A stretch of 46,831 nucleotides of DNA from Gemmatimonadota bacterium (GCA_036679545.1 JAZDDD010000466.1:1-46831), one strand, 5' to 3'; counted from the stretch's first letter, positions 18,914 to 27,105 are shown. The notes: generated by a model from the letters alone, not told the origin. A program made the numbers and translations.

Positions 18914-19260
18914 GAAAAAACCTCACCGGCGCGCAGCATCTCCAACCTAACCAAACCCACGTTCGCATTGGTGTCCGTCACAATGACCACAAGAACATCT
19001 TGATTGGTGGCCAAGACCAAGACCGCGCCCTCAGAGCACTGCATATGAAGAAACCTGGGTTCGCCAGCCTGTGCGGTTCCCGAGACCCAAGTGAATTTAC
19101 CAAACACACTGGCAGCCAGGGCAGCGAGAGCCTTTCCACGGACACCCTCCATCAACGTCTCGGCGATGATCAACCCGTCGTCCCGGGCTACAAACATTGC
19201 CCCCTGGACACCACGAACCCGCGTCAAAACATCGAGCACTCCCTGTAACTGGTGTGTCAC
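18910..19260 (-). CDS. Roadblock/LC7 domain protein (MglB paralogue, MglC-like size)
   Basis: 116 aa: VLDVLTRVRGVQGAMFVARDDGLIIAE......ALAALAASVFG......FLHMQCSEGAVLVLATNQDVLVVIVTDTNANVGLVRLEM is a typical Robl_LC7 pattern. Confidence 0.8.
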   Translation of the reverse strand: MTHQLQGVLDVLTRVRGVQGAMFVARDDGLIIAETLMEGVRGKALAALAASVFGKFTWVSGTAQAGEPRFLHMQCSEGAVLVLATNQDVLVVIVTDTNANVGLVRLEMLRAGEVFS

Positions 19261-20027
19261 GGGCGTTGCCCTTCCAACCAGCCGCGGGCCGCGTCATTTG
19301 CTTTTTGCGCGAGAAAGGCCAGCCTCCCCGGCGGGACACTCCGATCTCGCATGGTTACAAGACATGTTTCACTGGTTGGTTGCGTGAGATGAACATTTTG
19401 ACTGGCCGACTCCGCGATGAGCCACTCCCATTCGCCCAAATCCAGGAGACGGGCCGTTCGTTCGGCCTCTCGCACGAGAGCGGCCACCCGCGCGGCCATT
19501 TCATCTGTGTTCGCGTCACCACCCAGCCGACCCGCCAGGACACGACCCGCGTCATCGACAAGCAACAGCCCGTGCTCGGCTCCCTCCAAACCTGCAAAGA
19601 TATTCGGTTCTTCATCACCTTCTTCGATCGTGCGCGCCGCGGTGCGGACCAGCTGAAGCGCCTGCAACACGCTTTGATCGGTAGGATCAACGGCCAACGC
19701 CGTCTCGAGATGCTCTAGCGCGGCATCGAGGTCACCGCGCGAATAATAAAGGAAACCCAATCCCTTATGGGCGCCCTGATGCCGTGCGTCGCGCTGCAAG
19801 ACCGTCTCCCAGACATGACGAGCTTCATCGGGGCGAGACGCATCGAGTAAGAGTCGTGCGTACAGATCTCTGGCGGCCGGCAGGTCGGGGTAACGCTCAA
19901 GACCGGACAATGCGACCGCAGTGGCAGATTCCAGATCACCCTTGCGCCGCAACCCCTCACTCAATCTGAGAAATACAAGGCTGTCCGGATCACGCGCAAA
20001 CTCCCGCGCCAGTGCTTGGATGTCCAC
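19257..20027 (-). CDS. TPR - Roadblock/LC7-like fusion protein
   Basis: 256 aa. N-terminal ~130 aa are TPR (GDLESATAVALSGLERYPDLPAARDLYARLLL..., GDLDAALEHLETALAVDP). The C-terminal ~110 aa (GLLLVDDAGRVLAG..EMAARVAALVREAERTARLLDLGEWEWLIAESASQNVHLTQPTSETCLVTMRDRSVPPGRLAFLAQKA) have the Roadblock alpha-beta pattern. GTG start. Confidence 0.7.
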   Translation of the reverse strand: MDIQALAREFARDPDSLVFLRLSEGLRRKGDLESATAVALSGLERYPDLPAARDLYARLLLDASRPDEARHVWETVLQRDARHQGAHKGLGFLYYSRGDLDAALEHLETALAVDPTDQSVLQALQLVRTAARTIEEGDEEPNIFAGLEGAEHGLLLVDDAGRVLAGRLGGDANTDEMAARVAALVREAERTARLLDLGEWEWLIAESASQNVHLTQPTSETCLVTMRDRSVPPGRLAFLAQKANDAARGWLEGQRP

Positions 20028-20035
20028 GATCGAAA

Positions 20036-21178
20036 TCAGGCCTTGAGAAATGCGTCTAGCGTCTGCGCAGCCTTGATAGCGCCTTGCACATGCTCAGTCG
20101 TGACGTCTTCTGCATCAGTTTCTTCATTGAGTTGCAACCAATGACCCCACCACGCGCTGGCCTCTTTCAACCGGCCCTGACGGGCGAGGGCGTCACCCAG
20201 GAGTCGATGACCGAGCGCCAAGGAGGAATCCAATCTGAGGGCGCGGCGCAACGTCTCCTCGGCGTCTTCGGCGCGTTCGGCAGCAAGATGCACCCGCCCC
20301 ATGGTCAACAGTAGTCGTGCGTCGTGTGGCTGATCGGAGAGCGCCATTTCGATCACCGAACGCGCGCCCTCGAGGTCTCTTTCACGCAGGGCTCCCTCTG
20401 CCTCGGCAATTCTTTGATCGGTGGTGTCTTCTTCGATGACAACGGGGTGGCTACTCGAGCGCCGTGCAAGGATGGTGACGATGCCGGCACTCTCCATGCC
20501 GAAGATCGTTCGCGCCACATCGAATTCCGACTTACTCAACGACTTTGCAATCCCTCTCACGTCACGTAACCCATCGATCATCGCAAGTAGCTCCCACTCT
20601 GTCGGCAATAGATCGAGTTCGCCTTCTTCGCCGGCAACCGCCGCCGTCAGTGCCGGCACGACACCAACGTGTGGAATTTTGCGTTCCATCCGCGACCACT
20701 CGTCGATCCGGCGCGCACCCTCCATAAGCAATGCTTCGGTCCTGATGCGTGTCGATGCGTCCCCCGGGACCGATTGATCGTCTTCTTCGAAGGAGAAATA
20801 ACCCTCGTGCCAACTCATCATTTCGAAGATTACTTCTTCCACTTGAAAGCGAACTTGCCGCTCCAGCTCGCCCGCGGTGATCGCACCAACGGAGATCAAG
20901 ATTTCTCCGATCTTTCGAGCGTCACCCTGTTCTTGTTGGGACCGCGCCAGCCGCAAATCGGCTTCGGCGACCTTCCCCGAGCGGACAAGAAGCTCTCCTA
21001 ACGGATGGGGGTTGCTGCGGATCTCGGCATATATCACCGACCCCGATTGTAGCCACACCGCACCCTGGTTGCGTCGGAGTTGGGAGGTTACGCGGAGGAC
21101 ACCCGTTTTCTTGCTCAAATCGAGCAATTGAAAAACATCGTGAATCCCGAGTTCCTTGAGCGGCCCCTCGATAGCCAT
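20036..21178 (-). CDS. PATAN (DUF4388) domain protein with C-terminal TPRs (paralogue of 14268..15890)
   Basis: From ATG 21178, 1 nt after the upstream TAG: MAIEGPLKELGIHDVFQLLDLSKKTGVLRVTS...VWLQSGSVIYAE...LGELLVRSGKV...EGARRIDEWSRMERKIP...MIDGLRDV..SEFDVARTIFGM, then TPRs. The longer ORF to 21373 overlaps the upstream TPR gene. Confidence 0.85.
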   Translation of the reverse strand: MAIEGPLKELGIHDVFQLLDLSKKTGVLRVTSQLRRNQGAVWLQSGSVIYAEIRSNPHPLGELLVRSGKVAEADLRLARSQQEQGDARKIGEILISVGAITAGELERQVRFQVEEVIFEMMSWHEGYFSFEEDDQSVPGDASTRIRTEALLMEGARRIDEWSRMERKIPHVGVVPALTAAVAGEEGELDLLPTEWELLAMIDGLRDVRGIAKSLSKSEFDVARTIFGMESAGIVTILARRSSSHPVVIEEDTTDQRIAEAEGALRERDLEGARSVIEMALSDQPHDARLLLTMGRVHLAAERAEDAEETLRRALRLDSSLALGHRLLGDALARQGRLKEASAWWGHWLQLNEETDAEDVTTEHVQGAIKAAQTLDAFLKA

Positions 21179-21179
21179 C

Positions 21180-23861
21180 CTACGCTGCCTCGGTCCGGAA
21201 AATGTGACTGAGTTCGTCAGCGGAGCGCAGGTGCCGGCGAGCCGAAACCGCCCGCGGACCGGCCGGATCAAGACCCACGACACGCTTCCACGCGGCCGCC
21301 GCTTCACTGTATCTTCGCAACTTAGCCTGCGCCAAGCCCAGAAAATAATAGGCATCCACCTGACCGACCTCAAATACTAGCACGCGTTGAAACGCACTGA
21401 TCGCTTCGACGAATCTGCCATCGGCCAACAGAGCCTCACCCAACGCCAACAGGGCTTGAATGTTCGTGGGGTTTCCGCGTACTAAATCTGCCAGCAGGTT
21501 TACCGCACTCCGCGCAGACCCCTGGCGGACACAGAGCCTCGCGAGCGGTAGTGCCGCCTTGGACGACCCGGGCTCGGCGTCTAACGCCGCACGGTAGGCA
21601 GCCTCGGCGGCGTCCACGTCGTTACGTGCCTCATGTAGTTCGCCGAGTTCTACGAGCAACGTCAATAACTTCGGGTCGAGTGTTAGCGCGCCCTCGAAGG
21701 CCTTGAGAGCCCGCTCGTAGTTGCCAAGGTCCACGGCGATGGCTCCCTCGACCTTCAAGATGTCGGCCCGTTGCGGCGCGCGCTTGTGCGCACGTTCAAG
21801 GACCTCCAACGCGCTTGCGGGATCCTTATTGGCAAGGAGCGTCTCGGCGAAAACAAGGAGCACGTCCGCGTCATCGGCGTGCTTGTCCGCCCACTCTCTC
21901 GCCATGTCGAGCGCTTCGCGATTCTTGTCAGTGGCCAAGAGTGCTCGGATTTCACTAATTCCCAACGGAAGGCGTTCTGGCCGTGACCGGCGGGCCTCGC
22001 GGAAACGTTCGAGGGCTTCGCCGTGCAGACCGCGACGCATAAAGATGCCTCCCAACAGGGCCTGGCCCTCACCGGGATCCGCACCCCGCGCCAACGCGCG
22101 GTTTGCCTCGGCAGCGGCCAGTTCATAAAGACCCTTGCTGACATAATCACGGGCCAATCCGAAGGCATCGTCGATGGGTTTAGACACCGTTGCTTCCGTT
22201 GACGCGCTGAGTTCCGAAAAAACGTCCTCCAAAACCTTAGGATCGAAATCGAACTCCGCTGTGCCCTCGGTTGATATATCTGCCGAAATTTCCGGAACGA
22301 CTGTTATGGAGGGATCCTCCAATTGCAGTTCGATCGCAAGTTGGAATTTTTGCGGGACGTAGTACGGGTCAATGTTTTGTGCGCGTGTCACGGCGCGTAA
22401 TGCCGCGTCGTAGTCGCCAAGGGCGGACAATGAGAAACTGAGGTTGTAATGCGCCTCCGCTGAGTTCGGCTCGCTTTCGACGGCGCGGACAAACGCATTA
22501 CGGGCGTCTTCATGTTGGCCAAGCTCGGCCATCACCAACCCAAGACCGTTCCACGCCGGAGCGCTGGAAGCGTTGCGTTCGATAACTTGCCGATAGGTCT
22601 GGGCGGCCACCTTCAAACGCCCGGCACTCAACAACAACTTCCCCAAATTGAGCACGGGCCGTTCCAGTTCCGGTTGCGAAAGCATGGCCTGGCGAAACGC
22701 GGCTAGCGCATCGCCATTGTTTCCATTATGTGCCAACGTCACCGCGAGATTATTACTGGCCAGCCCGTAGTGCTCGTCATGATGCAACGCCTCTCGGTAC
22801 GACTGCACCGCATCCGCGTAACGACCGAGTTGATGCAACACGACGCCTCGTTCGTTCCAGAGTTTTGGCCGATCCGGCATTTCACGAAGCAAGGAATCGT
22901 ACAGGTCGAGTGCGGCAGCATAATCTCGTTTGAGCGAGCTAACCTCCGCTATGGCTTCGAGCACGTGTTGGCGATCCTCACCATGATCGAGTGCTAAGCG
23001 AAATTCCCGCAACGCATCCGTCAGATAACCTTGGGAACGGAACGCAACGCCCAGATTGTAGTGAGCCATGGGATCAGGGTCCGATGGCACGCCCTCATCG
23101 CCGCCTGAAATCTCGTATGCCGCATTGGACCGATCCCCCACGTAGGGTTCCAACGAGAGGTTGGTTTGGACACGGCCAAATGACGGATTCAGACGGATGG
23201 CCTTGTTTGTGGCTTCACGTGCTTCCTCGTGGCGCCCCAAGTCGCCCAAGAGAAACGCAATCAAATAATGTGCTTCGGCATTGTCGGGATTCAGCGTGAC
23301 CGACCGCTCGAGCGAGCGCAGTGCCTCTTTTTTCGCGCCTTGATTGTACAGCACCTCACCGCGATAAAAATGTCCAACGGTACTTTCCGGGTCGATCTCC
23401 ACCGCACGGCCGAACCACTCAACGGCATCGTCCAGATTTCCCCGCCGTTTTTCGGCGAGCCCAATCTGCGTGACCGCGGCAACGTCATCAGGATTGAGTT
23501 CCAAGATGGATTGGAATTGCGCAATTGCGAGGTCAAACTGATTGAGGGAGGCGTACGCGCGCCCAAGTTCCCATTGGGATTCACGTTCTACCGGATCGTC
23601 ACGGAGACGCTCTTGCAGTTGCGCTACCCGTCGGTCGTAGAAACCCGTTTCTTCATACGCAATTTCGAGGTTGCGTTGCGCCACGCGCATTTTGGGATCC
23701 AACTCGATGGCGCTGCTAAATTCTTCGATGGCCTCATCAATCAGACCCTTCCGAAAATACAACACGCCCAAATTGTTGTGGGCGCCGGGATCGGACGGAT
23801 CGATTCGTCTCGCGAAGGAGCGGAGAGTTTCTTTCTCAGCTTCAGATAGTGCTGCAGGCAC
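21180..23861 (-). CDS. large TPR-repeat scaffold protein (893 aa)
   Basis: TPR consensus repeats run along the whole length (e.g. AHNNLGVLYFRKGLIDEAIEEFSSAIELDP, AEAHYLIAFLLGDLGRHEEAREATNKAIRLNP). GTG start 2 nt after the cheC stop. Confidence 0.88.
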   Translation of the reverse strand: MPAALSEAEKETLRSFARRIDPSDPGAHNNLGVLYFRKGLIDEAIEEFSSAIELDPKMRVAQRNLEIAYEETGFYDRRVAQLQERLRDDPVERESQWELGRAYASLNQFDLAIAQFQSILELNPDDVAAVTQIGLAEKRRGNLDDAVEWFGRAVEIDPESTVGHFYRGEVLYNQGAKKEALRSLERSVTLNPDNAEAHYLIAFLLGDLGRHEEAREATNKAIRLNPSFGRVQTNLSLEPYVGDRSNAAYEISGGDEGVPSDPDPMAHYNLGVAFRSQGYLTDALREFRLALDHGEDRQHVLEAIAEVSSLKRDYAAALDLYDSLLREMPDRPKLWNERGVVLHQLGRYADAVQSYREALHHDEHYGLASNNLAVTLAHNGNNGDALAAFRQAMLSQPELERPVLNLGKLLLSAGRLKVAAQTYRQVIERNASSAPAWNGLGLVMAELGQHEDARNAFVRAVESEPNSAEAHYNLSFSLSALGDYDAALRAVTRAQNIDPYYVPQKFQLAIELQLEDPSITVVPEISADISTEGTAEFDFDPKVLEDVFSELSASTEATVSKPIDDAFGLARDYVSKGLYELAAAEANRALARGADPGEGQALLGGIFMRRGLHGEALERFREARRSRPERLPLGISEIRALLATDKNREALDMAREWADKHADDADVLLVFAETLLANKDPASALEVLERAHKRAPQRADILKVEGAIAVDLGNYERALKAFEGALTLDPKLLTLLVELGELHEARNDVDAAEAAYRAALDAEPGSSKAALPLARLCVRQGSARSAVNLLADLVRGNPTNIQALLALGEALLADGRFVEAISAFQRVLVFEVGQVDAYYFLGLAQAKLRRYSEAAAAWKRVVGLDPAGPRAVSARRHLRSADELSHIFRTEAA

Positions 23862-23863
23862 GG

Positions 23864-24487
23864 TCAGTTCACGCGTATTGCATCAAAGATCGCTTGTAAC
23901 GATGGCCCATCCGGCAAGAGGAGGAAGTGTCCCAAAAGACGTTGCTCCGCCTCTCGAAAGAAAAACTCCGTCTCGACACACAGGATCGTGTCGTGCTCGT
24001 CGGTGGGTTCCGCCAATGCCGACTTCAACACCACCGCCGCTTCGTCTGCCACCAACGTCGGTACGGACGGAAGCAACATCATTCCCATGAAATCGGATAG
24101 CGCATTGAGGTACGCCCCACCCAGGATATTTCCCGCTTCCTTGAGACTGGACTCCTCCAGTTCATTGAACGATGTGGTGGAGCCCGGTTCTTTTCGCATC
24201 AGCAGATCGCACAGAAGTCGCGCATCGGCGTCCGGTAGCAAGAGAAGTGTCCTTCCGGTCAGGTCGCCCAGCATATGCATGAAAACGGCGATGACTCGTC
24301 CCGACGGGTCACCGAGCAAACCGGCAGCGTCTTCGTATCGCGTCACGTTGATCTCGGGAATCGAAATCATGATGCTGCGGTCGGTCATTTGTGACAATGC
24401 CGTCGCCGCATGGCCGGCGCCAATGTTTGCTACCTCACGCAGCGCATCGAGCTGCAGTGCCTTGAGACTTCGCACAGCGGACATCAT
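23864..24487 (-). CDS. cheC: CheC-family CheY-P phosphatase
   Basis: 207 aa with both CheC active-site repeats of the (D/S)xxxExxN type: DALREVANIGAGHAATALSQM and ESSLKEAGNILGGAYLNALSDF. Strong SD (GAGGAGGAAGA) directly upstream. Confidence 0.88.
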   Translation of the reverse strand: MMSAVRSLKALQLDALREVANIGAGHAATALSQMTDRSIMISIPEINVTRYEDAAGLLGDPSGRVIAVFMHMLGDLTGRTLLLLPDADARLLCDLLMRKEPGSTTSFNELEESSLKEAGNILGGAYLNALSDFMGMMLLPSVPTLVADEAAVVLKSALAEPTDEHDTILCVETEFFFREAEQRLLGHFLLLPDGPSLQAIFDAIRVN

Positions 24488-24547
24488 GTCTTCCTCCTCA
24501 GACCTCAGTCGTGTCGCTCCCGTAGCGACCGAAAACTCTACGACAAA

Positions 24548-26296
24548 TCAAACCAGGCGAGCAGCGTCCAGAATGAGGACGGGTTCTCCCTCTCCAAGTA
24601 CGGTGGCTCCGGCAAAAAATGGCGCCGTCCCACGCGGCATATCGAACGCCCGAGCGACGATGTCCTGTTGCCCAACGACGCGATCCACCACAAGTCCGGT
24701 CCGCCGATCACCTACCTGCACGATGATAACCGGCTGGCGGGTTGGGCCCGTCCCACCCAACTGCACAAGATCGCGCAACCGCGAGAGCGGAACCGTGCCA
24801 TGCCTCACGGTTAGACGGTCGGTCTCCCCATCGCGTGTTGTCGAACACGCGTCGAGATCAACCGTTTCGGCCACATGTGTGAGCGGAATGGCATACCGTT
24901 CGTTTTCTACCTCCGCTACCAACGCAGGCAAGATTGCCAGTGTCGGCACTCCGCGACCGGAAAGATCCGAAACACTTGAGGCGGTGGAGAAGCCAGGCTG
25001 GGCCAAAAGCTCTAAAAGCTCTTCGGTCTTCAAGTTATCGGCATTTTGGCCTGGGATCTGGCGTTCCTTGGCTTTTCTCAGAATACGGTCCCGATCGACA
25101 CCGCGGCCATCGTCGCGAACCCGAATCACGATCATGGCCCGCTCCCGGTGTGCTGAAAGCGTAATCCGACCGACCGCCGGTTTTCCGCTGGCCACCCGTT
25201 CTTCGGGTGCTTCGATGCCGTGGTCTATGGCATTCCGCAATAGGTGAAGCAGTGGATCGCTCAGCTCATCCAGGATAGCGCGGTCCAACTCGATCTCACG
25301 GCCTTCAATGGCCAGAACCACCTGTTTCCCGTGCTCACGTGCGGCATCCCTGACACCACGAGGGAACCTGTCAAAAACCTGAGACACAGGCGCCATGCGA
25401 GCTTGAATGACCTCGTGTTGGAGCCCCTCGACCAGGTGGGAAACCTTCCGAGTCATGGTCTCGAACGTGGGATCAGCGCTTCCCGCCGCCAACTCCATCA
25501 ACCCGGCTTTGGCGGTGGTGAGTTCTCCCACGAGATTCATAATCGCGTCCAACCGCCGCAGATCGACCCGCACGTGACGAGCGGCGGTCGACTCCTTGGT
25601 GTCCGTTCCCACTTCGGCGATGGTCACCGACTCAACGTCGCCGGCTCCCTTGATCAACTCCTCGATTTCAAGGTCTGACTGATCGGTCTGCAATCCAAAG
25701 CTGAACCGACCGTCAAACGCCTGTGTCTCCATGGATGCCTGTGGCGGAGAAACAGCCAGAACGTTTCCGAGCGCAGCCACACGCTGCAGCACCAACGCCG
25801 CACGGGCACCCCGCAACAGCGCTTCCCTTCGGATCCGGACTTCCACACGACGGGTGCCGGCTGGGGCCGCAGATGGCGATTCCGGCGGCTGCACTTCCGT
25901 TTCCGCGTCCGCGGGTTCGAAGGAGCCGGCCAATTCGTCGAGCACGGCGATGGCTTGGTTTACATCAGTGGACTCGCGACCGTTGACCGCGTCATCGATG
26001 CACTGCTCGAGTCGGTCCGACGATTGGAACAAAAGCTGAAGCAATTCCTGATCTGGCGGATCGGGAGACGCGCGCACCAGATCGAGCACATTCTCAATGG
26101 CATGAGATAAACGCGCAACGTCACTGAACCCCATCGTGGCGGACATGCCTTTGAGGTTGTGGACTGCACGGAAGATGGCATCGACTGACCCCGTGGCGTC
26201 AGGTCGCCCTTCCAGCACGAGCAGCTGATTGTTGATGACCGTAAGATGTTCGCGGCTCTCGTCGAGAAAAAGATCCGCGTACTTCGCGGGGTCCAT
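24548..26296 (-). CDS. cheA: chemotaxis histidine kinase CheA (Hpt-P2-like-dimerisation-HATPase-CheW domains) with a shortened HATPase domain
   Basis: 582 aa. Hpt site FRAVHNLKGMSATMGF. P3 VRVDLRRLDAIMNLVGEL. N-box LLHLLRNAIDHGIE. G1 DDGRGVD. F-box QPGFST. G2 begins SGRGV but runs straight into PTLAILPALV, the P4-P5 linker. C-terminal CheW-like P5 (YAIPLTHV...GLVVDRVVGQQDIV...). Confidence 0.9.
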   Translation of the reverse strand: MDPAKYADLFLDESREHLTVINNQLLVLEGRPDATGSVDAIFRAVHNLKGMSATMGFSDVARLSHAIENVLDLVRASPDPPDQELLQLLFQSSDRLEQCIDDAVNGRESTDVNQAIAVLDELAGSFEPADAETEVQPPESPSAAPAGTRRVEVRIRREALLRGARAALVLQRVAALGNVLAVSPPQASMETQAFDGRFSFGLQTDQSDLEIEELIKGAGDVESVTIAEVGTDTKESTAARHVRVDLRRLDAIMNLVGELTTAKAGLMELAAGSADPTFETMTRKVSHLVEGLQHEVIQARMAPVSQVFDRFPRGVRDAAREHGKQVVLAIEGREIELDRAILDELSDPLLHLLRNAIDHGIEAPEERVASGKPAVGRITLSAHRERAMIVIRVRDDGRGVDRDRILRKAKERQIPGQNADNLKTEELLELLAQPGFSTASSVSDLSGRGVPTLAILPALVAEVENERYAIPLTHVAETVDLDACSTTRDGETDRLTVRHGTVPLSRLRDLVQLGGTGPTRQPVIIVQVGDRRTGLVVDRVVGQQDIVARAFDMPRGTAPFFAGATVLGEGEPVLILDAARLV

Positions 26297-26298
26297 CG

Positions 26299-26661
26299 TT
26301 ACGCGAGAACTCGCTGCACTGCTTCGAGCACGCGCGAGGGTTGGAACGGCTTGACCACGAAATCTTTCGCGCCAGCCTGGATGGCCTCAACCACAAGCGC
26401 CTGTTGACCCATCGCGCTGCACATGAGCACCCGGGCGGACGGATCGATTTTCACGATCTCACGGACCGCATCGATCCCACCCATATCGGGCATCACAATG
26501 TCCATCGTCACCAGGTCGGGCTTCAGCTCCTTGAATCGGTCGACGGCCTCCACGCCGGTCTCGGCCTCTCCAATCACATCGTAATCCGCCTGCCTCAGAA
26601 TGTCGCCAATCATGGTTCGCATGAAAATAGCGTCGTCACACACAAGAACGGTTTGGCTCAC
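26299..26661 (-). CDS. cheY: CheY response regulator
   Basis: 120 aa, closely colinear with Thermotoga/Bacillus-type CheY: VLVCDDAIFMR, DLVTMDIVMPDMGGIDA, VLMCSAMGQ, KDFVVKPFQPSRV. GTG start with GTGA overlap and a strong SD (GAGGAGGTG). Confidence 0.95.
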   Translation of the reverse strand: MSQTVLVCDDAIFMRTMIGDILRQADYDVIGEAETGVEAVDRFKELKPDLVTMDIVMPDMGGIDAVREIVKIDPSARVLMCSAMGQQALVVEAIQAGAKDFVVKPFQPSRVLEAVQRVLA

Positions 26662-27038
26662 ACCACCTCCTCAGATGGCATCACGGCTGATGACAATACT
26701 GCTGGGTCCAAAACGGCGAAGGAGACCTCGTGATGGACGCCGATCCCACTTACAAACGGCGACCGGATTCCCGGCAATGCCGCTCGCGGCGAAAAATCAC
26801 CCTCACCGACCACCACCATATCGAGCACCTCATCTACAGCCAGCGCAAAACGGTGTCGGTCCGCTTCCAGTAGCACAATGGAGTATCGGCCGGTGCTAGT
26901 GTTCTGCTGAAGAGCGGCACGGGCGTCGACCAGTGTCACGAGTTCGCCGCGGACGCTGACCAATCCACTCACGGGGGGTGCGGCCCCCGGAATACGGGTC
27001 ACGGGCAGCGCCGGCAAGACCTCCCGGACGCAGCTCAC
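26658..27038 (-). CDS. cheW: CheW-like coupling protein (first gene of the operon; true start probably upstream of 27038)
   Basis: 126 aa from GTG 27038: VREVLPALPVTRIPGAAPPVSGLVSVRGELVTLVD...FALAVDEVLDMV. The frame stays open to 27101 and encodes ..IARFLVFKVDELTCAVPV, the conserved first CheW strand, with no ATG/GTG/TTG in that stretch. Confidence 0.8.
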   Translation of the reverse strand: MSCVREVLPALPVTRIPGAAPPVSGLVSVRGELVTLVDARAALQQNTSTGRYSIVLLEADRHRFALAVDEVLDMVVVGEGDFSPRAALPGIRSPFVSGIGVHHEVSFAVLDPAVLSSAVMPSEEVV

Positions 27039-27105
27039 CGGTACCGCGCACGTCAGTTCATCAACTTTGAAGACAAGAAACCGCGCGATGGAAAACGCTG
27101 CCTAT

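Noticed and set aside
24488-24547. Small hairpin GTCGCT-CCCGT-AGCGAC in the cheA-cheC spacer as a possible internal terminator
   Set aside because: It has only a 6-bp stem and no U-tract. The spacer carries a strong SD for cheC, consistent with continued co-transcription.
23988-25247. 419-aa plus-strand ORF antisense to cheC/cheA. Similar long antisense ORFs occur at 29224..30066, 38040..38873, 39022..39819, 39989..40689, 3404..4016 and 23229..23849.
   Set aside because: All lie opposite genes with unambiguous conserved motifs. Their translations are Arg/Ser/Pro/Thr-rich low-complexity strings typical of shadow ORFs in GC-rich DNA. No recognisable domains.
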